The notes below the pieces were generated by a model that had not been told where the DNA came from, searched no databases, and saw only the letters and a program-made list of their open reading frames with translations. A program made the position numbers and the translations under genes. This document shows, piece by piece, positions 16,243-26,490 of a stretch of DNA of 55,753 nucleotides. This DNA comes from Patescibacteria group bacterium (GTDB taxonomy: Bacteria > Patescibacteriota > Patescibacteriia > UBA2591 > UBA4787), in contig JAQUSN010000001.1 in assembly GCA_028715115.1 (NCBI GenBank), positions 133,314 to 189,066 of the forward strand, written 5' to 3'. Within the stretch, counting starts at the first letter, position 1. Each line of letters starts with the position of its first letter.

Positions 16243-18396
16243 TTATACTAAATGAATGGGTTTATTTTCTCTTAACGACTCCAATACTTTGAGGGTGACT
16301 GAACTGCTCTCAAATAATTCATTAAGGGGGATTGGAGAGGGCAACCCTTGATAAATTGCTTCAATAAAAGTTTTAAATTCATTAAAATGACCCTTGTCTT
16401 GGCTGAATAATTTTTGTTTTTTTACTCCGGCGGCGGTATAAAGCAGGGCTGAACGGAAATTATCAATAATCATTGTTTGATTGTCGCCGAATATTTCAAT
16501 AGATTCTTTCGGCGCATTTTTATTACCCAAAGAAGTATATAAAACACAACCGCGAGAACCATTGGCAAAATTAATCGAGATAAAGACATTGTCTTGATTT
16601 TGGACATTTCCCCCTAGTGGCACGGAAGTAGCATAGACATCGGTTGGCCGAGAACCAGTTAAAAATCTGATTAAGTCAATTAAATGGCAGGCCTCACCGA
16701 TAATCCTGCCACCCTGTTTTAGATCATGAACCCAATGCTCTTTGGGTATGTAGCCGGCATTCATTCGGGCATAAATCATCAGAGGAGGAGATTGAGTAAA
16801 CATTTTTTTGGCCAACATTATTTGAGGCGCAAAACGGCGATTAAAGCCAACCATTAATCGGCCCTTCGACTCCTTAGCTACAGCCATAATTTTTTCTAAC
16901 TCTTGCTCTGTTAAAGCAAGTGGTTTTTCAATATGAACATTTTTATTTTTTTTCAGGGCCTCTATGACAATTTGAGCGTGTAAATCATGACGCGTGGAAA
17001 CGACGACTAAATTAACGTCTGGATCATCAATAATCCGGCGATAGTCGGTGGTAGCATATTTACCATTAAATTTTTTAATTACCGTAGCAGCCTCTTGACC
17101 GCTCGTGTCGGCAACGGCCCATAAAACCGCCTTTTTAATTTTGCTCAAGCTGGGGAGAATCATCGCTTTGGCAAAATTACCAACACCAATCAAGCCGACT
17201 TTAATTTGATTGATTGATTGAAACTTTTGAGGTTCTTTCTGATAAATAATCGTCGGCGTTATTTTGGCTTCTGGTAAATATTTTAATAAAATACCAACAA
17301 TTTCTTCCCCACCGGGATGCAAAACAAGATTGTAGGCATCCTGGGCTTTATTAATATCAAAGACATGGGTTACTAAAGATTTAATATTTATTTTACCTTC
17401 AGCCAATAAGCGTAAAATTTCTTGCAAATTTCTTTTTTCAGTCCAACGAACATAAGGCAAGGGGTAGTCTATCCCCGCATCTTCATAATTATTATCATAG
17501 CGACCGGGACCGTAAGAACAGGAAACGGTTAATTGAATTTCTTTTTCATAATATATTTTTCTTGGGATATCAATCAAGACGTCTCCCACTACCGAAATCT
17601 TTCCTTTTTTATGAACTATCTCGCCGGCTAATTCAATCGGCTGATTGCTCTTCGTGGCAGCGGTAATAATCACTGCATCCAAGCCAAGATTATTAGTAAA
17701 ATTATTACTGGCAATTAGTGGATCCCCTGCTCCTATAACTACACCATTTTTTAGGCCCAAATCTATAGCCCTATTAACTTGTTGAGCATTAAGATCAAAG
17801 CCAATCACCGGATGACCATATGCTCGCAGAATTTGACAGGTTATTTGACCGATTAAACCTAAGCCAATCACTCCGACCGTCTCGCCGGCGGTTAAATTTA
17901 GAACGCGAACGCCCTCTAGAGCAATGGCAGCAACGGTAGTAAAAGCGGCCTCTTGAGTAGAAATATTATTCGGTATCTTGGCGCAAAGGTTTTTGGGTAT
18001 AAAAACAAATTCTGCATGAGCAGCATAACCACCGCCAGCACAAGCCACTAAATCGCCAATTTTAAATTCTTCTGCGCCCTCCCCCACGGACACCACTTCA
18101 CCGGCACAGCTATAACCTAAAGGCATATGCTCATTCAGTTTTTGTTTAACCGTCTTGATGGTAGCTACTAAACCATCTGTTTTAATTTTATTCATAACCT
18201 GCTTAACTAAGTCTGGTCTTGAACGGCCCTTGGCTATTAAACTTTTTTGCGCCAATTGGACAGCTGATTTTTCTGTACCAACGCTAATTAAAGAAAAAAG
18301 ATTTCTAACCAAAACGCCGCCCGACCTAATTGACGGAGTTGGGACATCCACTACTTCAATCTCGCCATTTTTTAGATCCAGAGAAATTTGTTTCAT
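16243..18396 (-). CDS. Bi-domain oxidoreductase (Zn-type alcohol dehydrogenase fused to Gfo/Idh/MocA)
   Basis: 717 aa. N-terminal MDR domain (GYSCAGEV, GLGLIGQ) and C-terminal GFO_IDH_MocA Rossmann domain (VGLIGVGNFA, EKPLA). Confidence 0.7.
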   Translation of the reverse strand: MKQISLDLKNGEIEVVDVPTPSIRSGGVLVRNLFSLISVGTEKSAVQLAQKSLIAKGRSRPDLVKQVMNKIKTDGLVATIKTVKQKLNEHMPLGYSCAGEVVSVGEGAEEFKIGDLVACAGGGYAAHAEFVFIPKNLCAKIPNNISTQEAAFTTVAAIALEGVRVLNLTAGETVGVIGLGLIGQITCQILRAYGHPVIGFDLNAQQVNRAIDLGLKNGVVIGAGDPLIASNNFTNNLGLDAVIITAATKSNQPIELAGEIVHKKGKISVVGDVLIDIPRKIYYEKEIQLTVSCSYGPGRYDNNYEDAGIDYPLPYVRWTEKRNLQEILRLLAEGKINIKSLVTHVFDINKAQDAYNLVLHPGGEEIVGILLKYLPEAKITPTIIYQKEPQKFQSINQIKVGLIGVGNFAKAMILPSLSKIKKAVLWAVADTSGQEAATVIKKFNGKYATTDYRRIIDDPDVNLVVVSTRHDLHAQIVIEALKKNKNVHIEKPLALTEQELEKIMAVAKESKGRLMVGFNRRFAPQIMLAKKMFTQSPPLMIYARMNAGYIPKEHWVHDLKQGGRIIGEACHLIDLIRFLTGSRPTDVYATSVPLGGNVQNQDNVFISINFANGSRGCVLYTSLGNKNAPKESIEIFGDNQTMIIDNFRSALLYTAAGVKKQKLFSQDKGHFNEFKTFIEAIYQGLPSPIPLNELFESSSVTLKVLESLRENKPIHLV

Positions 18397-18438
18397 AATT
18401 TTATAAATAAATATTTTATGTCAAAATAAATACTAAGG

Positions 18439-19245
18439 TTATTTTATTAATGTCTTTTGATTCAAAAAATCTTGATAAGCTTCTTTTATTAAAGCATTTT
18501 TTTCGGCAGAACTAGGATAATTTATAAGCACTGCATGATAAGTGCCCTTAAAGACGAAAAGGCTGCCCGCCGCCGCGCCAATAATCCCATATCGACTGAC
18601 TAGAAGTTTAATGTCTTTTAATGAGCCCGCGCCGCCAAGTACGGTTAAGGGTAAATTTATTGATTTCCGAATCTGATCAATTAAGGTCAAGTCATAACCA
18701 TTCATCATTCCGTCACGATTAATAGAATTGATGACTATTTCACCGGCGCCGCGTATAGTCATCTCCATTGCGACCTGGACTGGATCTTGACCAGTATTTT
18801 TTTGCCCATTGCAACTAAAAATTTTATATTTGTTATCTACTGAATCTTTTTTTACGTCTAAAACCACTACTATACTCTGGTTGCCAACCTGTTTAGCTAT
18901 TTTTAAAACTAGCTCTGGATCTTTTAGAGCAGCGGCGCTAATGGCTATTTTTTCCACGCCCAAGGCAAATATTCTTTGAACCTGTTCAATGGTCCTAATA
19001 CCCCCGCCATAGCAAAGCGGCATCCGACATTCAACAGCTAAATTTTGAATCATTTGATAGTCAGGCTCTTTGTTCTCAATGGTTGCATCAATATCTAAAA
19101 CAATTAGTTCGTCAACTTCCTTCTCATTAAATATTTTTACGGCGTTAAGTGGATCGCCGATATATTTAGGATTTTTAAACTGAATAGTTTTAACTAACCC
19201 CCGGTTGTGAACCAATAAACAGGGAATAATTCTCGGATAAAGCAT
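18439..19245 (-). CDS. HisF-like cyclase subunit (WbuZ/AglZ-type acetamidino sugar synthesis)
   Basis: 268 aa with HisF-like (beta/alpha)8 motifs (RIIPCLL, CYGGGIR, GAAAGSLF). Adjacent to HisH-like and amidotransferase genes. Confidence 0.7.
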   Translation of the reverse strand: MLYPRIIPCLLVHNRGLVKTIQFKNPKYIGDPLNAVKIFNEKEVDELIVLDIDATIENKEPDYQMIQNLAVECRMPLCYGGGIRTIEQVQRIFALGVEKIAISAAALKDPELVLKIAKQVGNQSIVVVLDVKKDSVDNKYKIFSCNGQKNTGQDPVQVAMEMTIRGAGEIVINSINRDGMMNGYDLTLIDQIRKSINLPLTVLGGAGSLKDIKLLVSRYGIIGAAAGSLFVFKGTYHAVLINYPSSAEKNALIKEAYQDFLNQKTLIK

Positions 19246-19247
19246 AA

Positions 19248-19862
19248 CTATAAATTAGCAAAATTTTTAAGAAGCTGAATGCCGTTTTGATGGCTCTTCT
19301 CGGGATGAAATTGAACGCCGTAAATATTCTCGGAATTAACTGCACAAGTAAACTGACCCCCATAATCTGTCGTGGCGAGAATATCTTCTTGATTATTACA
19401 CAGAAAATAATATGAATGAAGGAAATAAAATCGCGCACCATCGGTCAGTCCTTGAAATAATTTATTATTATTTGTTGGACTAACACTGTTCCAACCCATA
19501 TGGGGAAGAAGCGTACCGCTGGTTAATCTTGAAGTATCAAATTTTTTAACCACTCCATCAACCCAGCCCAAGCCAGTTGATAATCCTTCTTCACTAGATC
19601 GAGCCAATATTTGCATGCCCACGCAAACGCCGAGTAACGGCAATCTGCGCTCTAGTACCAGCATTCCAAGTAAGTTTTTTAAACCAGATTTTTCTAATCG
19701 CTCCATCGCATAATCAAAGGCCCCAACTCCCGGTAAAATAATTTTAGTTGCATTATTTAAGTCCTCTGCCCTGGAGACAATTTTAAATGGAATGTTTAAA
19801 ATTTTATAAATATTAGCAAAGGATTTTATATTACCCAGGCCATAATCAATGATTGCAATCAT
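19248..19862 (-). CDS. HisH-like glutamine amidotransferase subunit (WbuY-type)
   Basis: 204 aa. IAIIDYGLGN, GVCVGMQ (catalytic Cys), FHPEKS. Confidence 0.75.
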   Translation of the reverse strand: MIAIIDYGLGNIKSFANIYKILNIPFKIVSRAEDLNNATKIILPGVGAFDYAMERLEKSGLKNLLGMLVLERRLPLLGVCVGMQILARSSEEGLSTGLGWVDGVVKKFDTSRLTSGTLLPHMGWNSVSPTNNNKLFQGLTDGARFYFLHSYYFLCNNQEDILATTDYGGQFTCAVNSENIYGVQFHPEKSHQNGIQLLKNFANL

Positions 19863-19873
19863 AACTATTACTA

Positions 19874-21016
19874 TTATCTAATAGCTCTTCTTTCTAGGCC
19901 CAACATTCTCATTATTTTTGTGCCTAGAATAAAAATGCCTAATTGTGACTTATAGTCTTTATATGACTTATTTGGCGAATCCATATATTCTTGTAATTTT
20001 TTAACCGATATTCCAAGTTTGGTGGCAATATATTCAAAATCTTGAGCGATGGTGCTTTCATTATATGGTAGCTGAGTTAACCCTTTTAATGCCTCCTCTC
20101 TACTCATTTGTTTAGTTAAGATTAAACTCGAGAACTGAACTCTTCTGGTATCATAGCCAAATTTTTTGAAAAGCCAGTAACTTTCATAGAATCTGGTAAA
20201 TCTTGATTCAAAGTGTTTCTGCGGATACTTTTGCCAACCAAATTTGTCAACCAAAAGATTCATGGCCTCTTCTTTAATATAGGGAACGTAGTTCAATGGC
20301 TTTATGACTTTAATGCCTTTAACATAGCGCAGGTATATTTTATGTCTGAGAATATTGGTTAAAGGAAAATTAACGAGCGAGCGCTGGCCGAATTTTCGAT
20401 GAATATCCTTTAGTTGAGTTAAGTCACTGCCCATATAAGTCCACTCCATGGGATTTTTAACACATTCCGTGGAATAGTTGGCGCCAGTTAATACATATTT
20501 AATTTTATGCTTTTCGGCAAAATTATACAGAGCGGCAAAAATGGCATGATCTTGCGGCCAATCAATGTGCGGCACCCCGGCCTCAAAGAAGGCAAGCTGA
20601 AGATCTTTCATCTCTTCCCAATCAATCACTTCGGTATATAGATCTATCCCTAATTTATCCATCAATTGTTCAATATTATTAACTGAAAGTTGTGAGTTCC
20701 ATCCCCCGTCAACGTGAAAGGCTAAAGGTCGAAGGCCTAGCTTTTCTTTAGCAATATAGGCTAAATATGAACTATCAACCCCGCCGCTCATTCCTAAAAT
20801 GCAATCAAATTCTTTGCCTTGACCTTCTTTTCTGATTTTTTCAATTACTTTTTGTAATGATTGCCACCCCTGGGCATCCGTGTGCCAATGGGGAAGAATA
20901 TTTTTATAAAAATTATTACAGTGGTCACAAACTCCATTTTTGTCAAATTTAATCTTAGAATCACTCGTATCCATTACACAGTTCGTACAAATTTGATATT
21001 TCTCTGCCTCAACCAT
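19874..21016 (-). CDS. N-acetyl sugar amidotransferase (WbuX-type, PP-loop ATPase)
   Basis: 380 aa. N-terminal Cys-rich region CTNCVMD..CDHC and PP-loop SGGVDSS. Confidence 0.7.
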   Translation of the reverse strand: MVEAEKYQICTNCVMDTSDSKIKFDKNGVCDHCNNFYKNILPHWHTDAQGWQSLQKVIEKIRKEGQGKEFDCILGMSGGVDSSYLAYIAKEKLGLRPLAFHVDGGWNSQLSVNNIEQLMDKLGIDLYTEVIDWEEMKDLQLAFFEAGVPHIDWPQDHAIFAALYNFAEKHKIKYVLTGANYSTECVKNPMEWTYMGSDLTQLKDIHRKFGQRSLVNFPLTNILRHKIYLRYVKGIKVIKPLNYVPYIKEEAMNLLVDKFGWQKYPQKHFESRFTRFYESYWLFKKFGYDTRRVQFSSLILTKQMSREEALKGLTQLPYNESTIAQDFEYIATKLGISVKKLQEYMDSPNKSYKDYKSQLGIFILGTKIMRMLGLERRAIR

Positions 21017-21027
21017 AAAAACTCATT

Positions 21028-21870
21028 TTATCTATTAAGCCTTGCTCTTATTAAAATTGTTCGATATTTTGACGTATAAGGAATTCTTAGGCTCACTCTT
21101 TGACCCATTATCTTTTTAATGATATTTTTTACAAAATTAATTATGCCATCCTTCCTTCTTCTTTTTATATTTACAACCGAAAAACCATTCCTAGTTAAGT
21201 AACTTATAATATGTTTTTCTCCGGCAAAAACAAGATGATCAGGTAGGTCTAGCTCAGTAGGGACCTCGTCTCTGCTATCAAGATCAGCGATATTGCCTGT
21301 TTCAATAAGAAATTCCCCACCGGGCAGTAAAACCCTCCTTACGTCTTCTAGAAAAATATCAAAATCTGGAAGATGAGAAAAAACATTAATTAAAGATAAA
21401 AAACTAAATTTTTCTTCTAGACTGTTCAAATAACCACCCCTTATTGTTAGTCCCCGTTTTTCTGCGTAGGTTCTTTTCGGCTCCATAGGCTCTAGTCCTT
21501 CAATTTTACTACCTTTTGGCGCGAGCGATAATACAGCTTCAAGCACTTCTCCAAAACCAGCCCCCACATCTAACCAGGAAATTTCTTTTGAATCCAACCA
21601 AACATCACTAAACATATCAGCTATTATTTTCTTATAAAGATTGATCTTTGAAGCAGCACGATGAGTAACGGCTGTTCGTTTATGATTTATTTCACGATGA
21701 ACTCCCGTTTTTACGGCCTCATCTATCAACGATAAACAAGGTCGGGGGTTGACGTAAACAAGTCCGCAATTTAAACATTTTACGGCCGTAAATTCATTTT
21801 CTTTTGCCCAGGGAATATTTTCTGACTTATGACAATAGGGACAATTAATAGCTTCAACCTTATTATTCAT
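21028..21870 (-). CDS. Class I SAM-dependent methyltransferase with N-terminal zinc ribbon
   Basis: 280 aa. CPYC...CLNC, then the SAM motif LDVGAGFG. Confidence 0.65.
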   Translation of the reverse strand: MNNKVEAINCPYCHKSENIPWAKENEFTAVKCLNCGLVYVNPRPCLSLIDEAVKTGVHREINHKRTAVTHRAASKINLYKKIIADMFSDVWLDSKEISWLDVGAGFGEVLEAVLSLAPKGSKIEGLEPMEPKRTYAEKRGLTIRGGYLNSLEEKFSFLSLINVFSHLPDFDIFLEDVRRVLLPGGEFLIETGNIADLDSRDEVPTELDLPDHLVFAGEKHIISYLTRNGFSVVNIKRRRKDGIINFVKNIIKKIMGQRVSLRIPYTSKYRTILIRARLNR

Positions 21871-21871
21871 T

Positions 21872-23242
21872 TTAATATTCGTTATTATCTTCTATATTAT
21901 GTTTCTTATTAACATCAAGAATCAAGCCTTCAACCATATTCTCAATCTGATTATTTTTAATAACATTAAATTTGCTAATATCCGCCGATCCCATTAAGTG
22001 GTCAATTTTGATACCATACATCATATATCCTTTACTTATATTTAAGGGGCTACTATTAAAAATTTTATTATTTTCAATTAAATTATAACTTGATTCTGTG
22101 CGTAATTCTATTCCCGCCGCTCCCCATTGCGAGAAATATAGGCCCCAAAATTTCTTGTTTAGCTCAGGATCCAAATAATTTTTTATTCGATTGCTTGGGG
22201 TGATATAATCATAGGCTGTCGGATATGGCCAATATTCTGGTTCGTAGGCAAGTATATCTTTTGGATCGCCAGTTAATTTTTCATACTCTGGAAAAAGATA
22301 ATCGGGATGTTTATCATATCGCTCAATATCACCGGGCAAAAAACTCTCATCGCAACCTCGCTCTCTGGCAATAAGCTGAATTCTTGCTGCCTGAAGATTA
22401 TTATCATATATTATATTTTTAACAATATTATTATAATATGAATTATGATAAATAAAAATACCTGACTGTAGATTTTTGCCAATTTCATTATTCTTTATCT
22501 CACAAAATTGTGACTCTTCTATTCTAATACCAATTATATTGTTTAATACTTTGTTTTTTTCAATGATACCGCCACTAACATTTCTAAAAACTGGTCCCTG
22601 TTCGCAACCAGATATTTCATTTTTTAAAAATGATATCTTCTGTAAATTCTTTTCAGTTGAGTCTTTGGATAAAGGTAAATATCTGGCGGCAATACTCCAA
22701 TATCCGCAATTGCTTATTTTGTTTTCGATAACATTAATATAATCGGTTAAGTCTTTGGTTGTAGTTATATAAATGCCTATCCAATATCCATTTATATGGT
22801 TTTTTGAGATATCAACATGAGAAGAATTCTCAATCCAAACTGCCGTTGACCCATTAATCCAATCGGGGGCTCCTGCTTGAAAATAAAATCCGATATTGGA
22901 ACTCTGACTTTCGGGCATGCTCTCAAAGATGAATCCTGATAGTTCAAAATTGTCAACATTTTTTATGACAAAAACGGGTTTAGTCTGCGCGGAAAAGATT
23001 TTTACATTATTGTTTTCCGCAATTATCTTTGTATTGTTGAACTTCGAATCAATTAAGATGCTATCTTTAACAAAATAATTACCCCTTGGAATAATAATTA
23101 TTTTATTTCCTTTAATTGCCGCTTTTTCTATATATTGCTTCAACTCTTGATTATGATTAGTGTTTACATAAATAACAAAAATTATAGCCAAGGCAATTGG
23201 GATAGAAATCAAGATAAATATAATTATTGCTCTGATTTTCAT
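21872..23242 (-). CDS. Membrane-anchored right-handed parallel beta-helix repeat protein
   Basis: 456 aa. N-terminal TM helix and repeated N-I/G-I pectate-lyase-like turns (NNEIGKN, IVKNIIYDNN). Confidence 0.55.
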   Translation of the reverse strand: MKIRAIIIFILISIPIALAIIFVIYVNTNHNQELKQYIEKAAIKGNKIIIIPRGNYFVKDSILIDSKFNNTKIIAENNNVKIFSAQTKPVFVIKNVDNFELSGFIFESMPESQSSNIGFYFQAGAPDWINGSTAVWIENSSHVDISKNHINGYWIGIYITTTKDLTDYINVIENKISNCGYWSIAARYLPLSKDSTEKNLQKISFLKNEISGCEQGPVFRNVSGGIIEKNKVLNNIIGIRIEESQFCEIKNNEIGKNLQSGIFIYHNSYYNNIVKNIIYDNNLQAARIQLIARERGCDESFLPGDIERYDKHPDYLFPEYEKLTGDPKDILAYEPEYWPYPTAYDYITPSNRIKNYLDPELNKKFWGLYFSQWGAAGIELRTESSYNLIENNKIFNSSPLNISKGYMMYGIKIDHLMGSADISKFNVIKNNQIENMVEGLILDVNKKHNIEDNNEY

Positions 23243-23254
23243 CAGCTTATTTAT

Positions 23255-24376
23255 TTATATTAAAATACTTAATATTTTTTCTAAAAATTTTTCTTCTAAT
23301 TTTTCAAAATAAAAGTTTTCTTTTATTTGTTTAGAGTTTTTTCTATAAATTTCTAATATATTAGGATTCAATAGTATCTGTCTTATTATTTTTTTTGTAT
23401 CTTCTGAATTCTTTTCTGAGACAGTAAAGCCTGCTTTATATTCATTAACCTTTTCGGCCAAAGCAGTATTTTTAGCGACAATGATCGGAAGGCCACAAAC
23501 GATGGCTTCATAAAGCTTGTTAGGAATAGCTTTTCTGACATTAAATATTGAAGCATCATAAACGCCATAAACAAGATCAATTTTATTATAAATAGAGACA
23601 ATTTCCGTTTCATAATCAAAAAGACCCGTCATCGCGACATTAGAATAGCCCTTTGCCACCTCTTTAATATAGGAATAGTCCGGTCCCTCACCGGCGACGA
23701 TTATCTGGACTCTGTCCGCCAAATCTTTACAAGCCTCGAACAAATTAATTAATTGTTGAGAATATCTTACTGAGCCAATAAATCCAATTGTTAATTTTTG
23801 ATGTTTTTCGGGCCTAAAATTTTTAAATATCCGTTTTTCAGGTAAATTCTCCATAATAAGTATTTGTCTTCTAGACAAATACCGACTATATTCTTCTTGA
23901 AAAAACGGAGAGGTGAACACAAACAAATCAACTGCCCTGAAATATATTTTATGCAAAAAGTTTATTAACCAAGATATAATAAAATATTTTTTAAATCGTC
24001 CGCCCGGAATATCAGAAACCTCATATATAATTTTTTTGGATCTATGTAAAAATTTATAGGTTGTACCTATAATTAACATATCTATGCCGTCTATATACAA
24101 AATCTCTGGTTTTTCTTTATAAAGAGCTATAAGAGCAATAAAAAATAGTTTAATGTTTTCAACTATTCTTTTCAAAATTTCTCTCGAACAAGAAATGTTT
24201 AATTCTTTTATACCAAGATTTATTTCGGGCGGAAGTGTTTTTATTTCCTTAAATCTATTCCAATAGACAACAGAAATCCTTGAACTTATTTTATTTAAGC
24301 TTTTTATCCTTTTTGAAATCCTTGGATTGGGACAGTAGCTTAGGAGTAGCGTTATTTTTTTATTTATTTTCTGCAT
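23255..24376 (-). CDS. Glycosyltransferase (GT-B, GT4-like)
   Basis: 373 aa. C-terminal half has the GT1/GT4 pattern (IGFIGSVR..., PNKLYEAIVCGLPIIV). Confidence 0.6.
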   Translation of the reverse strand: MQKINKKITLLLSYCPNPRISKRIKSLNKISSRISVVYWNRFKEIKTLPPEINLGIKELNISCSREILKRIVENIKLFFIALIALYKEKPEILYIDGIDMLIIGTTYKFLHRSKKIIYEVSDIPGGRFKKYFIISWLINFLHKIYFRAVDLFVFTSPFFQEEYSRYLSRRQILIMENLPEKRIFKNFRPEKHQKLTIGFIGSVRYSQQLINLFEACKDLADRVQIIVAGEGPDYSYIKEVAKGYSNVAMTGLFDYETEIVSIYNKIDLVYGVYDASIFNVRKAIPNKLYEAIVCGLPIIVAKNTALAEKVNEYKAGFTVSEKNSEDTKKIIRQILLNPNILEIYRKNSKQIKENFYFEKLEEKFLEKILSILI

Positions 24377-24377
24377 T

Positions 24378-25565
24378 TTAATTTTTAGATTTCGATAATA
24401 TATCTTGATATAAACCTATGGTTTTATTTGTAATTGTTTGCCAAGAAAAACTGTCAAGAATCTTAACAAGACCTTCGCGCAATTTACTTCTTAAGTCTTC
24501 TTTTTTTGACAATCTAATAATAGTCTCTTTCAGTTCTTTGACGTTTCCATAATTTACTAATAAAATGTTTTCTTCGTTTATTAGCTCATCTGGTGGATTT
24601 TTTGAAAAAGTACTAATAATAGGTAGTTTATGAAAAATGGCGGCCATAAGACTACCGCGCTTTGTTGAAACTCCATCTTCAAACGGTAAGACACAAGCAT
24701 CAGATGATAAAAGATAATAAGAAACTTCGGTCGGGCTACAGTATCCCGTAAAATGAACATGTTTTTCTAGGTGATTAAGCTCAATTATTTCTCTGATTCT
24801 CTTATATATATCCCCTCCAAACTGTCCAATAAACAATAACTTAAAATTTGAATGACCATTTTTTATTAAGAGGTCGAGGGCATTTAGTAAGAATTCTATG
24901 CCCTTACCTAAGCGGATGCTACCAAAAAAACAAATAATGAAATCGTTATTATTTGTTTTTATCCTCTCTTTTATTTCTTGAATTATTCTTAAATCAATTA
25001 CATCCTTCTCCGGAGGCAAAATATTGGCTCCGTCGGGAATATAAATTATTTTGCTTTCTAGCAATAGCCTGAACGGCCATAAAAATTTTAAAATATCTTT
25101 TTTATATAATTTACTTACAACTATTATCCTGCTGCTAAATAAAATACTTATACTTAATCTTAATTTGCCCAATAATGAACGATTACTAAATTCATGAAGG
25201 GTAGAAATAGTACCAACTTTAGGTCGAGTTAATTTTAAAATAAATGGAAAAAAATCCACAGCAAGATCACGCTTATAGTTTTGGGTAGGGTATTGAATAT
25301 GGACAATATCTGGTTTAATTTTTCTAATAAAATTAAATAACTTTATTATTCCTCCAAAATTCCATCGCGGGATTATTTTAAATATATTTTTTTCTTTTAA
25401 TTCCACCCTCATATCATCTTCTGTTGATGTAACCAAATACACATTCTCTGGATTCAAGTTTTTTATTAGCTCGTCATACAAACATTTAGTATAATCGGCA
25501 AGTCCGCCTCGACAGGGTGGATAATCCCCACTAACCAGACATATTTTTTTATCCGACTTAATCAT
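24378..25565 (-). CDS. GT4-family glycosyltransferase
   Basis: 395 aa. GGLADY N-terminal motif and C-terminal EDGVSTKRGSLMAAIFHKLPIIST. Confidence 0.7.
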   Translation of the reverse strand: MIKSDKKICLVSGDYPPCRGGLADYTKCLYDELIKNLNPENVYLVTSTEDDMRVELKEKNIFKIIPRWNFGGIIKLFNFIRKIKPDIVHIQYPTQNYKRDLAVDFFPFILKLTRPKVGTISTLHEFSNRSLLGKLRLSISILFSSRIIVVSKLYKKDILKFLWPFRLLLESKIIYIPDGANILPPEKDVIDLRIIQEIKERIKTNNNDFIICFFGSIRLGKGIEFLLNALDLLIKNGHSNFKLLFIGQFGGDIYKRIREIIELNHLEKHVHFTGYCSPTEVSYYLLSSDACVLPFEDGVSTKRGSLMAAIFHKLPIISTFSKNPPDELINEENILLVNYGNVKELKETIIRLSKKEDLRSKLREGLVKILDSFSWQTITNKTIGLYQDILSKSKN

Positions 25566-26481
25566 TTTTATTTATTCTTATAATAAGTCTGCGTCCTAAT
25601 CTATTTAATATAGGTAACTTATAAAGAACTTTCCTATAAATTTTAGCTAATGATGGTGGTAAGAATTCTTCAAATAAGAAATCAGAGGTTGTTATATTGA
25701 GATAATAATTTTCCCCTAAAACTTTTTTAACATCTGAAAAGGTAAATGCCCGATGAATAACCGTATCGATTCTTTGAGGTTGATATAAATTATGAAATGG
25801 CGGTAAAATTTGAGAAAAAAACAAACCGATAAGTGTTTCTATCCAAATAAGAGGATTTAAAAGTGCCATTGTTTTAAAATCAGAAATAAACGACAAATGT
25901 CTTGATGGAACGGTAATAACAATCGCTCCGTCATTTTTTGTTATTCTTTTTATTTCATCTATGGCCTTTTGGGGGCTAATGAGATGCTCTATGGTTTCAA
26001 CGGAAATAATAATATCAAACTTATTTTCCAAATGGGAAAGCTCTTCGGCGTTTTCAACATCTAAACTTATAATATTTTTATATTTGTTCAAGCGTTGTTT
26101 GGCCAAGGCAATTCTGTTCGGTGAGATATCTACACCAAAAAGATCAACTTGATTTATGTCTATATTCTTTACGATCTGCTCTAATAAATATCCATCGGCA
26201 CAGCCAATGTCTAGTATTTTTAATGGCCTCTTTTCTATTCTTTTTAATATATTTATTATCTCATCATATCTCTTAAAATAAAATATTTGCCCGCTCTTTC
26301 TCCAGCCACTCGACAAATTTTCTAGAAATTGCGCCGTCTCATCTTCATTTTTCGTTATGCCCGCCTGCTCTATTAAATTAAAAGTTTTTCTAGTTTTTTG
26401 AAATAACTGCCAATAATTATATCTATACCAAAGATAATGAAAAACAAAAATAATGAAAATTCCTAAAACAAAAGTTTTCAT
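25558..26481 (-). CDS. Class I SAM-dependent methyltransferase with N-terminal TM helix
   Basis: 307 aa with SAM motif ILDIGCADG. Confidence 0.65.
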   Translation of the reverse strand: MKTFVLGIFIIFVFHYLWYRYNYWQLFQKTRKTFNLIEQAGITKNEDETAQFLENLSSGWRKSGQIFYFKRYDEIINILKRIEKRPLKILDIGCADGYLLEQIVKNIDINQVDLFGVDISPNRIALAKQRLNKYKNIISLDVENAEELSHLENKFDIIISVETIEHLISPQKAIDEIKRITKNDGAIVITVPSRHLSFISDFKTMALLNPLIWIETLIGLFFSQILPPFHNLYQPQRIDTVIHRAFTFSDVKKVLGENYYLNITTSDFLFEEFLPPSLAKIYRKVLYKLPILNRLGRRLIIRINKND

Positions 26482-26490
26482 TTTAATTTA